This document shows, one piece after another, positions 1 through 8,070 of a DNA stretch of 20,000 bases (position 1 is its first letter; the number at the start of each line of letters is the position of its first letter). The notes beneath the pieces were generated by a model, which had not been told where the DNA came from, did no database searches, and worked only from the letters and a program-made list of their open reading frames with translations. The stretch covers positions 52,786 to 72,785 of IMG/VR virus record IMGVR_UViG_3300037422_000307. One strand, given 5' to 3'. The position numbers and the translations under genes are program-made. Origin of the DNA: an uncultured virus (IMG/VR IMGVR_UViG_3300037422_000307). Taxonomy: Duplodnaviria; Heunggongvirae; Uroviricota; Caudoviricetes.

Positions 1-11
1 GGAGCTGAATC

Positions 12-1019
12 ATGTCCGCTACATACACCTACTCGGTCTCTGGCGACTTCCCGAATGGGGTGGTTTCGATCCCGTCTCTGACGATGCAGATCGATGATTC
101 CACGATCACGTCGTCCGCTTTGGAGTACATCAACGTCGGGGTCTCGGCCCCTGACAACTGCGATATCGTGTTCGCAGCAGCCCTCTCCGGTGCCGAGGTG
201 ACGACCCTCAATGGCATTGTAGCCACGCACACAGGGGTTCCCCCATACACCCCTCCAGCTTCCGAGTTCGGGTGGACTACGGTGGTGATCTCAGCCTCGG
301 TGGGGACGCCCCCATCCTCACCGGCTACGGGAGATACCTATGTCATTCCCGCGGGAGCCACGGGGGTGTGGGCCGGACATGCCCAACAGTTCACGTCTTG
401 GAATGGTTCCGCGTGGGAGTTCATGCTTCCGCCCAACGGGTACGCCACGTGGGTTGATGATGTGAATCAGGTTTACGTTTTCAACAACTCGACGTGGGAA
501 CCTCTCGATCATTTCCTTCCCCTTGCGACGGAGACGGACTCTGGTTTGATGTCCGCGGCCGACAAAGTCAAACTCGACGGGACCACCAAGAACGACGTTG
601 TTTCTGTGTATGACAACACGGGAGGCATCTCGTTCACGGGGACTGCCGTCACGGTTGCGTTCGACACCACACAGACTAATACCAACGAAACCCTTTACAC
701 GTTCGCTTCCAATCAGATCACTGTCAATGCGACGGGCACTTACCTTCTCACCTACAACGTTTCCCTCGATGCGGTCAGTTCAAGCGCACGTTCTTCTTCT
801 CGGGTTTGGCTTGAGCGCAACACTGTCCTCGTCCCTGGCACTGCTGCCTTCGGGTATCACCGTCAATCCTCTCAAGGCGAGGATACCCCGTCTTGTACGA
901 CGGTGTTGTCTATCACAGCGGGAGATGTTTTTCGGGTGCGTGCGCAGGTAGAGAGTGGGACAAGTGCTCTGATAACCATCGCAGATGCTTCAAGGCTCAC
1001 AATCACGCGCCTCGCGTGA
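12..1019 (+). CDS. Phage fibre/decoration protein: shared N-terminal domain + DUF2793-like domain + fibre repeat + C1q/TNF-like C-terminal head
   Basis: GGAG at 1-4 before ATG 12. 'TPPSSPATGDTYVIPAGATGVWAGHAQQFTSWNGSAWEFMLPPNG' resembles DUF2793. 'LATETDSGLMSAADKVKLDG' is a common tail-fibre motif. The C-terminus 'VAFDT...ITVNATGTYLLTYNV...LSITAGDVFRV...LTITRL' resembles C1q/BclA-type trimeric heads. Confidence 0.75.
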   Translation: MSATYTYSVSGDFPNGVVSIPSLTMQIDDSTITSSALEYINVGVSAPDNCDIVFAAALSGAEVTTLNGIVATHTGVPPYTPPASEFGWTTVVISASVGTPPSSPATGDTYVIPAGATGVWAGHAQQFTSWNGSAWEFMLPPNGYATWVDDVNQVYVFNNSTWEPLDHFLPLATETDSGLMSAADKVKLDGTTKNDVVSVYDNTGGISFTGTAVTVAFDTTQTNTNETLYTFASNQITVNATGTYLLTYNVSLDAVSSSARSSSRVWLERNTVLVPGTAAFGYHRQSSQGEDTPSCTTVLSITAGDVFRVRAQVESGTSALITIADASRLTITRLA

Positions 1020-1029
1020 GGAGATAACC

Positions 1030-2115
1030 ATGCCACAGGCCACCTACAATTTCACGATCTCCACTGACACGGCAAACGGAAAGGTTGCCCTCACCGCACT
1101 GGAGAAGGAGATCCGTGCGAGTAGCATCGTCTACGCCCTCGCTGGATCGTCGGCCGTGGGCAACACGCTCTCGATTACGTTCAAAGATGTACTGGGGTCA
1201 TCCGATCAGACGACGTTGGGAGCTGTTGTGGGGGCCCATCAGGGAATCCCTCTCCCCGATCCCATGACGTCTGACGGGTATCCAATCCTCATTGCTGAGC
1301 CCCGTTCTGACACGAGTACGCCGACCATCCTGACTCCTAATTGGTGTGACCCAACGACATGGTACTACACGTCCGCGCGGGTGACGAACGAAGTGCTTAC
1401 GGATTCGGGAGACCATCTCACGTACACCAGCGCCAACGAGAATTGGATCGATTTGCGTGATGGTGCCTTGACTCAGGGCCACACTCTCTGGTCCACGTAT
1501 GCCCCCGTGGTGACCGTCAACGATGTCCCACAGGCGGCCAATAGTCTCAGTGGAAATGGCGGGGTGTTCTCGTTCAATGCCGCAGAGGGTTCCGTCACCT
1601 TTGATGAGGCTCTGGCGCCCGGCGATGTGGTTAAGGCTACCTACTCCAAGAAGGTGGACTCGACGTGGGCAATTGTTCCGGCCGCTGGAAAGAAGATCGT
1701 CCTTCGAGCGGTCGAGGTGCAATTCTCGATGGACATCGATCTCACGACGGCAGCGGTGTTCGCTCCTTACGGGCCCATTGACATCTTTGCCCCGCAACTC
1801 TTGCAGAGCAACGGTGGTCCCTATCCGAGCGGCACCAAGATTCCGTTGCAAACGAGCCGTTATGATCGGATGCACAACTTCATCGACGAAGCTCAGCACG
1901 CGTACCCGAACATTCCGAAAATGGGGGGCAGTTCTTGGCGCGGGATGCAACACGAAATGCACATCTTCCGGTGGCCGTACACCGACAGTTACGGTGGCCC
2001 CGTGGTGCTCAAGTCGAGTCTGGGGATGGAGCTGAGGATTTACCTCGACGAGCACATCCCGTTCCTTGGTGAGAGAGCCGTTGCGACGCTGTACGCGAGG
2101 TCGGAACCTGAGTGA
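1030..2115 (+). CDS. Virion structural protein, paralog 2 of the shared N-terminal domain family (361 aa)
   Basis: GAGGAG RBS at 1018-1023 supports ATG 1030 rather than 985. The N-terminus 'MPQATYNFTISTD...LGAVVGAHQGIP' aligns with the neighbouring ORFs. Internal beta-sandwich 'VVTVND...FSFNAAEGSVTFDEALAPGDVVKATY'. Confidence 0.7.
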   Translation: MPQATYNFTISTDTANGKVALTALEKEIRASSIVYALAGSSAVGNTLSITFKDVLGSSDQTTLGAVVGAHQGIPLPDPMTSDGYPILIAEPRSDTSTPTILTPNWCDPTTWYYTSARVTNEVLTDSGDHLTYTSANENWIDLRDGALTQGHTLWSTYAPVVTVNDVPQAANSLSGNGGVFSFNAAEGSVTFDEALAPGDVVKATYSKKVDSTWAIVPAAGKKIVLRAVEVQFSMDIDLTTAAVFAPYGPIDIFAPQLLQSNGGPYPSGTKIPLQTSRYDRMHNFIDEAQHAYPNIPKMGGSSWRGMQHEMHIFRWPYTDSYGGPVVLKSSLGMELRIYLDEHIPFLGERAVATLYARSEPE

Positions 2116-2159
2116 TGGTTGGTTTCTCAATCTTTGACGGTGACTCGTAAGGAGTTTCC

Positions 2160-2765
2160 ATGGCGACTGAATTCAAGCACTCGATCCAAACGGATTTCCT
2201 CAACAAGGCGGTTGACGCCTCTGTCTTGACCGTGGAGATCGAAAGGTCTTCTATCACCCCGCGTCTCAATGGCATTACGATCAACGGTGATGTCGTGGCG
2301 ATTGAATTCGACACTGACTTGTCGGACGACGAGGTGAAGACGCTTGGTCTGATCGTGGCGGCGCACCAAGGTATTCCGTTCAACGATGGGCCTCAGAGGG
2401 TTAACGTCGTTGCAGTGCAGGACAACGCAACGACCAGCTACGTGGTGGCTGCCACGCTCAAAGCAGATCCCATCAGTACGCTCAACTACAGTCTGAGTTT
2501 CTACTGCGAACTTCGTACCTTGACCGGAGTGACCGATGCCAGCTCTCAGTTTTCGCTGCTGCTGGACGGCTCGGAAGTTGCCTCCGGGGGAGTGGAGTCC
2601 TTTGAGTTCTTTGACGCACGCAGCGGAGCCTTGGTGATCTCCGCCACCACTCGTGGGGTCTCTCCGGTGGTCGAGCTGCAGTTCCGTCGAAACGGACCCG
2701 TAGATACGGCGCAGATCCGCCGCATTCGGCTGGCTTTGGTGCCGCTTGTAGAGGAAGACACATGA
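2160..2765 (+). CDS. Virion structural protein, paralog 3 of the shared N-terminal domain family (201 aa)
   Basis: AAGGAG RBS upstream. N-terminus 'MATEFKHSIQTDF...LGLIVAAHQGIP'. Beta-rich C-terminal domain. Confidence 0.7.
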   Translation: MATEFKHSIQTDFLNKAVDASVLTVEIERSSITPRLNGITINGDVVAIEFDTDLSDDEVKTLGLIVAAHQGIPFNDGPQRVNVVAVQDNATTSYVVAATLKADPISTLNYSLSFYCELRTLTGVTDASSQFSLLLDGSEVASGGVESFEFFDARSGALVISATTRGVSPVVELQFRRNGPVDTAQIRRIRLALVPLVEEDT

Positions 2766-3337
2766 GTTCTCTCGCAGAGCGCCCTCTCGTGTTCATCTCG
2801 GCTCTCACCACCGGGCCGGACCAACACGAGCATGAGCTGCTTGAGATCGCAGTGCTCAATGCCGCTGGACAGACGCTATTGCACACGGCGGTGGCTCCTA
2901 CGAAGATCCACACGGCTGAGCCTGAGAGCTTGGTGAAGGCGAACTACAGTGCAGGGGATTGGGCCCCCAGCCCTTTCTCAACCACCATCGCCAAGCAGAT
3001 CCAGGTTCTCTTGGCAGGGGCGATCCTTGTCGGGCACGACACGCAGTTCACAATGCGGTTTGTCCACCACTTGCTCAAAGAGACGCTAGGCACCGCGGAG
3101 AAGGTGGACACGAGGTTCATCGACACGGTGACCCTCATGTGGGAGCAACTTGTTCCGTTGGGTTTGACGAATTTGACGCTTGAGGATGCGAGTTTTTTCC
3201 TGCGCTTGCCCTTCAAGCCTAACCACTCGGCGCTCGATGATGCACGAGCGGCTCGGGTGCTCTATCTGAAGTTGTTGCGTGCTGGCCCCTTGCAGCGGCT
3301 CTGGTGGAAGTGGGCCGCTCCCAAGAAGGATTCTTGA
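2762..3337 (+). CDS. DnaQ/DEDDh 3'-5' exonuclease-fold protein, catalytic motifs degenerate
   Basis: 'LVFISALTTG...ELLEIAV', 'LVGHDTQFTMRFV', 'FIDT', 'HSALDDARA' follow the ExoI/II/III spacing. ATGA overlap with the upstream stop. Confidence 0.75.
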   Translation: MSSLAERPLVFISALTTGPDQHEHELLEIAVLNAAGQTLLHTAVAPTKIHTAEPESLVKANYSAGDWAPSPFSTTIAKQIQVLLAGAILVGHDTQFTMRFVHHLLKETLGTAEKVDTRFIDTVTLMWEQLVPLGLTNLTLEDASFFLRLPFKPNHSALDDARAARVLYLKLLRAGPLQRLWWKWAAPKKDS

Positions 3338-3636
3338 TGAAGGAAGTTGAAACGAAGCGTGAGGCGGACAAGGTGTTGGTTCGTGATGCTTGGGCCCTTC
3401 TGTGGCGCCGGAAAGCACCTCTGTGGGCGGCTCTCGGGATCGTGGTTGTGTTCACCGTTCGGGTTGTTGTGTGTTCCTACGAGGATCCGATCCCAGAGGG
3501 ATTGGACTTCGAGTGGTATGGGAACCATTGTGGTCCCGGCCATGGAACGGGGGATACGGTGATCGATGAACTCGACGAAGCATGTCGGCGACACGACGAA
3601 GCCTATAAGGCAGGGTCGGGGGAGACGAAGTCCTGA
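3337..3636 (+). CDS. Small membrane-anchored phospholipase A2-like protein (99 aa)
   Basis: TGATG coupling gives ATG 3337. Hydrophobic segment 'LWAALGIVVVFTVRVVVC', Ca-loop-like 'YGNHCGPG' and catalytic-helix motif 'DELDEACRRHDEAY'. Confidence 0.7.
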   Translation: MKEVETKREADKVLVRDAWALLWRRKAPLWAALGIVVVFTVRVVVCSYEDPIPEGLDFEWYGNHCGPGHGTGDTVIDELDEACRRHDEAYKAGSGETKS

Positions 3637-3652
3637 TTTTGAAGGACCTTGC

Positions 3653-3958
3653 TCAGTCAGCGTTTTTCTTTGACCACTCGGCCAATCCCATCATGAGAGC
3701 TGGGCACTCCTCTCGCATCGAGTCGCCCAACTCTGGAGCAGAAAACCCAAGGCGAAGTGCCCGGCTCTGTGCCTTGCTGAGAATAGACCCCACCTGCAAC
3801 ATGATCGAACCTTCCAACTCGGCACAGGTGTCTTGGGCCAGTTCCCGCAGTTCACGCTGTGGTTTCCAGACGAACCAGTACCCCAAGACCCCAACCGCCC
3901 CCAGCACGAAAATTAGGGCGATGGTTAGCATTTTCGTTGATTTCGTTTCCTTGTCCAT
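3653..3958 (-). CDS. Small membrane protein (single N-terminal TM), hypothetical
   Basis: Fills the gap between + strand genes without overlap. 'MLTIALIFVLGAVGVLGYWFVW' is a clear TM helix. It is the only plausible - strand gene in the window. Confidence 0.6.
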   Translation of the reverse strand: MDKETKSTKMLTIALIFVLGAVGVLGYWFVWKPQRELRELAQDTCAELEGSIMLQVGSILSKAQSRALRLGFSAPELGDSMREECPALMMGLAEWSKKNAD

Positions 3959-4070
3959 TCGCCCTTTCTACCCCATTTTGACATGGGGGAGGATTCCCAG
4001 GCACAAATCCCGGCTTTAACCGCGTTGATGCCCCTATGAAACCCCGATAGGAAAGGATCCGTGGATCGCG

Positions 4071-4427
4071 ATGCCTAGGCGCGAAAACCAGACGACACCG
4101 TTTCTCCAAGGGGACCTCGTGCCGCGCATAACGGACGATACGGATCTCAGGAATGATTTCGCCGGCAGCTCGCTCCAACAGCGAGAGAGCATCCTCTTGC
4201 GTTACCTGGAGTCCCTGCCGGCAGAGGACCAGGTCGACCTCGACACGCTCCGGGAGAACATCACCCGCCGCTATCCGTTTCATGGGGACGGGTCTTTCAG
4301 AGAGGCCATGGACGCGTTGGAGAAGGACGGATGGATCAAGGTCAAGAACGGACTCGTGCAACTCGACAAGGTTGCGAGAGTAACCCGGCGCTTTTTGGCT
4401 CGCTCGATGAGTGGAGGGACGCGCTGA
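4071..4427 (+). CDS. Hypothetical protein with winged-helix-like C-terminal part
   Basis: AAAGGA upstream. 'VDLDTLRENI...SFREAMDALEKDGWIKVKNGLVQL' has a wHTH recognition helix + wing pattern. Confidence 0.55.
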   Translation: MPRRENQTTPFLQGDLVPRITDDTDLRNDFAGSSLQQRESILLRYLESLPAEDQVDLDTLRENITRRYPFHGDGSFREAMDALEKDGWIKVKNGLVQLDKVARVTRRFLARSMSGGTR

Positions 4428-4428
4428 C

Positions 4429-4731
4429 ATGGCGGGATCAGGCTCGAGCCAGTCGGGCGGCAGTGGCGGCGGAAAGTTCCTCGACATCACGCTCAAGGTG
4501 CTGTCGGTGCTTGTGGTGCCTCTCATCATCTGGGGTGTCAAGCTGGAGGTCAAGAACGCCATCCAGGACGAGCGCATCAGCGAGCTGCAGGAGGACTTGG
4601 ACAAGCTGGCCTACGTGACGGACGCCGTACAGGCGAACGCCCTCGCTATGGTTCGCCTCGAAGGCAAGCTGGACAACCTGGACGAGAAGATCGATGAGGT
4701 CAAGAAGCTCCTGGCATCGACGCGGCCGTAG
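4429..4731 (+). CDS. Single-TM coiled-coil membrane protein (i-spanin- or holin-like candidate)
   Basis: GGAGG upstream and ATG 4429 immediately after the previous stop. TM 'ITLKVLSVLVVPLIIWGV' followed by heptad-rich 'ISELQEDLDKL...LEGKLDNLDEKIDEVKKLL'. Confidence 0.6.
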   Translation: MAGSGSSQSGGSGGGKFLDITLKVLSVLVVPLIIWGVKLEVKNAIQDERISELQEDLDKLAYVTDAVQANALAMVRLEGKLDNLDEKIDEVKKLLASTRP

Positions 4732-5212
4732 CGCCGCCCTGCTCGCTGTTGTCTGCGCCTGCGGAGCGCGGACGCAACCGATGTCGAAAGCTGACGACAT
4801 GCGGGAGCACAAGGCCGATGAGAAGATCAAGGCTGAGGCGTGGGTCATGTCTCATGGAAATGTCCCCGGCGACGACGACGGTGCCCCAGAAGATGGGGCG
4901 TACGTCGTGGAAAACTCCCCGGAAGCGATATGCCCCGAAGGTCAACTGTGGTTCGACGGCCGCTGTGCGCCCAAGAAGACGGTGAAGCAGGCAATCGAGA
5001 TCAAGGACGAGAAAGCACTCGTGAAGGCGCAAGGCACGGACGCTCGGGCCGTCTCCGAAGCCACGACCGAACTCATCGAGCAGCAGATTGTTCAGGCACG
5101 AAAGAGCGAAACTGACCTTGACGAGATTATCTCGATCCTTGAGGAACGTCAGGACAAGGGGACAGAGACCAAGACACCAGAGGGGCCGCAGCCAGAGGGG
5201 CCGCAGCCATGA
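4694..5212 (+). CDS. Predicted lipoprotein (o-spanin-like position)
   Basis: Basic N-region, short hydrophobic stretch and Cys in 'MRSRSSWHRRGRSAALLAVVCAC-G'. Overlaps the upstream gene by 38 nt in another frame. Helical C-terminal region. Confidence 0.55.
   Translation: MRSRSSWHRRGRSAALLAVVCACGARTQPMSKADDMREHKADEKIKAEAWVMSHGNVPGDDDGAPEDGAYVVENSPEAICPEGQLWFDGRCAPKKTVKQAIEIKDEKALVKAQGTDARAVSEATTELIEQQIVQARKSETDLDEIISILEERQDKGTETKTPEGPQPEGPQP
5177..5209 (+). repeat. 15-bp tandem duplication (CCAGAGGGGCCGCAG x2 + CCA) encoding PEGPQ-PEGPQ-P
   Basis: Directly visible at 5177-5191 and 5192-5206. Confidence 0.9.
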
Positions 5213-5442
5213 CGGAGCGAAACGCTGCCGTTGGTCGGGGGGTTCGCGTGTACGAGTACACGAATCAGGATGGAGTCACGTTCTGGTCGTTTGAGAAGCT
5301 GCCCACGGTTGTGACCCACTCGCACACGATGAAGATGGGGGACCGAGTGGGGACCCACTTCGATAACTACCTGGCCGAGCTGAGAGCCCTCCGCCGCTAC
5401 CTGATCGACGAAGAGACCGACGAGGAACCCGGCGGTGGGTAG
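5209..5442 (+). CDS. Hypothetical protein (77 aa)
   Basis: ATGA overlap with the upstream stop, codon usage like its neighbours. Confidence 0.6.
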   Translation: MTERNAAVGRGVRVYEYTNQDGVTFWSFEKLPTVVTHSHTMKMGDRVGTHFDNYLAELRALRRYLIDEETDEEPGGG

Positions 5443-5452
5443 AGTCGACACA

Positions 5453-5803
5453 ATGCAGGAAACCATGGAGACCGAAGAGCAGACCACGGCAACCCCAGAG
5501 ACCCCCGAGATTCCGGGCAACCTCGGACGCCTTTCTCCCGAGGAGCAGACGGCGATCCAGACGCTGCGCCAGGAATCGACAAGGCTTCTCCAGCAGATCG
5601 GCGAGCACGAAGTGCGCAAAGTCCGTGTTCTCGGACAGCTTGACGAGATCGAACGCCGGATGCAGGAGATCATCAACAGCATCAGTCGTCGTCTGGGCGT
5701 CCAGGACGGCCAACAGTGGGTCGCTCTGGCCGATGGGACGATCCGACTGGTCACACCGCCCGCAGCACGCCAGAATGAGGCGGGAGGTCCCCCTCCCAGC
5801 TAG
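5453..5803 (+). CDS. Hypothetical coiled-coil protein
   Basis: ATG 5453 (alternative GTG 5435). Amphipathic helix 'LRQESTRLLQQIGEHE...LDEIERRMQEII'. Tightly packed in the operon. Confidence 0.65.
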   Translation: MQETMETEEQTTATPETPEIPGNLGRLSPEEQTAIQTLRQESTRLLQQIGEHEVRKVRVLGQLDEIERRMQEIINSISRRLGVQDGQQWVALADGTIRLVTPPAARQNEAGGPPPS

Positions 5804-5808
5804 CAGCC

Positions 5809-7392
5809 ATGACGTGCGTCAATCAGGGCCAAGAGCCATGGATCAAGAAGCCGAATCCGCTCGAGCCGCCCTCGTGCGAGACTCCGCCTCCTTCTTGTCC
5901 GCCGCTTTGTCCTGATCCATGTCCAAGCCCAGGCCCGTTTGGCCCGAGCTGCATCGGTTGGGAGGTCGGGCCGAATGAGTGCCCAGTTGCCCCCACCAAC
6001 GTCGAGGTGGTGAGTCCGTTGTTCGCCGGGACGCTCGATATCCGGTGGGACAGTCCTGCCATCCTGGCGAAGAACAGCAAGTTCGCGGTCGCCGGCGTCA
6101 ACCTCTACCGTTCCGACACGTCCGAGCGCGGTCCGTACCACCGGCTCAATGCTGTCCCCGTCGGCGGGGCATTCTACCGTGACTACACGGACAATGTCCT
6201 GGTCCAGAATGAAGTTGTCGACTGGGACACGGCGTGGCTGCAGCGGGGGGAGTCGTCGAACGAGAGACCCTGGGTCTTCCGCACGAAGAACTATCCCATC
6301 GTGAAGCGGTCCGGGCAGGCCATCGCGGCCGACGTCCCCATGGACGTCCAGCTGATCATCGACAACAAGATCGTCCCCGTGCACGCGGTGTTCGGCCCGA
6401 CGGGGGAGGTCACCCTGATCAACACCCGCGGGTACGACTTCGCCACTGATAGGTGGATCGAGCCCGTCCTGCCGCAGGGTCCGCAGACAGCGGTCTCCCT
6501 GACCTACTACTACAACCGCAATGCCGTGCGGACGATGCTCGACCACAAGACGTGGTACCGAGTCACGACTGTGGCACAGGACCCCACGTCACCTACCGGA
6601 TTCCGCGAGACTCCTCTCGACTTCGCCGAGCCCGTGACATATCGCGCCGTGGAGCGCATCGACTACATCTGGCGCGAGGCGATTCGCCGCAACAACTGGA
6701 TCCTCGAGCAGGGCGGCGAACGGGTCAAGGTGTTCATCCGCAAGCAGTCCGGGGCGCAATGCTTCTGCGGGAGGGATCCTCGTACGATTGAGTTCAACCA
6801 GCAGCCGGATTCCAGATGCCACGTGTGCTTCGGAACCGGATTTATCGGTGGGTATGAGGGGCCGTATGACGCGATCCTCTCTCCTGACGATAACGACCGA
6901 GCCGTGCGGCAGACTCCAACAGGGAGACGGCTTGAGCACGTTCAAGATGTGTGGACGGGCCCGTCTCCGTTGCTCACCCAGCGTGACTTTATCGTCAAGC
7001 AGACGAACGAGCGCTACAGCATCGGTCCCGTGCGCAAGCCGTCCGCGCGCGGGAACATCATGCAGCAGCATTTCCAGATCGCCTACTTGGAGGAAAATGA
7101 CATCCGCTACCAGATCCCGTTGTTTGACACGACGGAACTCTGCTGGCCCGAGTGCAGGGGACGCCCGGCCGTCATGCAGGGCGGTGCGTGGCAGACCGAG
7201 TACCCACCACTCGGGCCATATCCGACCGGAGCGGATTACCAGCAGACTCCGATGCAGACCGAGAAGGAAAACATCCCGGACGAGCGAGAGCAGCGCGGCC
7301 GTACCCCGGTGTGGTCCAATCTGACCTACGCTCTGTTGCCCTTCGCGGTATGGTTGGGGGAGGCCTTCTCCTCTGTTCTTGGATCCGTGTGA
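5809..7392 (+). CDS. Putative neck / head-closure protein with FN3-like N-terminal domain and Cys4 zinc finger
   Basis: 'APTNVEVVS...LDIRWD...GVNLYRS...YRVTTV' is FN3-like. 'GGERVKVF...CFC...CHVCFGTGFIGGY' has a CxC...CxxC knuckle as seen in myovirus head-closure proteins. Located upstream of tail-completion and sheath genes. Confidence 0.55.
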   Translation: MTCVNQGQEPWIKKPNPLEPPSCETPPPSCPPLCPDPCPSPGPFGPSCIGWEVGPNECPVAPTNVEVVSPLFAGTLDIRWDSPAILAKNSKFAVAGVNLYRSDTSERGPYHRLNAVPVGGAFYRDYTDNVLVQNEVVDWDTAWLQRGESSNERPWVFRTKNYPIVKRSGQAIAADVPMDVQLIIDNKIVPVHAVFGPTGEVTLINTRGYDFATDRWIEPVLPQGPQTAVSLTYYYNRNAVRTMLDHKTWYRVTTVAQDPTSPTGFRETPLDFAEPVTYRAVERIDYIWREAIRRNNWILEQGGERVKVFIRKQSGAQCFCGRDPRTIEFNQQPDSRCHVCFGTGFIGGYEGPYDAILSPDDNDRAVRQTPTGRRLEHVQDVWTGPSPLLTQRDFIVKQTNERYSIGPVRKPSARGNIMQQHFQIAYLEENDIRYQIPLFDTTELCWPECRGRPAVMQGGAWQTEYPPLGPYPTGADYQQTPMQTEKENIPDEREQRGRTPVWSNLTYALLPFAVWLGEAFSSVLGSV

Positions 7393-7527
7393 GGGAGATG
7401 AATAGGCGGCAAAGCCCTGAAGTGAAGATCGAGCAGGTCGAGACCTCCTTGGCATTCTTCGCCCTCGGCCACAGTGCGGTGGACTACTCAGAGACCAGGT
7501 GTTCTGCCGAAGAATGGGACACCTGAG

Positions 7528-8070
7528 ATGCCTGCTGACTTCACGCTCCGGATCAAGAAGACGTATGGAAAGACGTGGGCCAATGTCACGCAGGCTGACG
7601 TTATCACGCCGGCCTTTTTGAAAAAGGTCGGCAAAGTTCTCGTCGACAGCATCGTCTTTGAGGCGCGGAAGGATCTCGCGAACCAGGGCGGACGCCCGAC
7701 CCCACGAGGATTTCCAGAGGGCATCCCGGATGACGAGAAGTTCTTCACGTCCTTCCGATTCGAGGTTGTCGGCACCGCGGTCGAGATCTACTCGGATTGG
7801 CCGTGGATCGAGCAGATCACTGAGGGCCGACGTCCATACCCGATGGGATGGCTCACCAAGCAGGAGGGTGTCTCTAGGGTTCCCATGAAGGGCCCGGCGG
7901 GTACGGTGCTGATCAAGAGCACGCCGGCGTCCAAGGCCACGGCGTGGATTCACCCTGGCTTCCGCAAACACAACTTCATCCGTCGTGGTTATGAGCGTGC
8001 CAGACGCAAGATCGAAGACATGCTTACGGGACAGGTTGTCGACCTGCTCAAGAAGCTTCCGATCACATGA
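7528..8070 (+). CDS. Putative neck/tail-completion protein (HK97 gp10-like / virion morphogenesis)
   Basis: C-terminal 'WIHPGFRKHNFIRRGYERAR' matches the HPG...(N/P)F..RA pattern of this family. Start is ATG 7528 or GTG 7474. Confidence 0.55.
   Translation: MPADFTLRIKKTYGKTWANVTQADVITPAFLKKVGKVLVDSIVFEARKDLANQGGRPTPRGFPEGIPDDEKFFTSFRFEVVGTAVEIYSDWPWIEQITEGRRPYPMGWLTKQEGVSRVPMKGPAGTVLIKSTPASKATAWIHPGFRKHNFIRRGYERARRKIEDMLTGQVVDLLKKLPIT

Noticed and set aside
12..2765. Diversity-generating retroelement target/template among fibre paralogs
   Set aside because: No near-identical nucleotide repeat with adenine-specific mismatches and no reverse transcriptase in the window. The similarity is only at protein level.
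3978..4006. Sigma70 promoter from TTGACA at 3978
   Set aside because: No credible -10 hexamer at 16-18 nt spacing.
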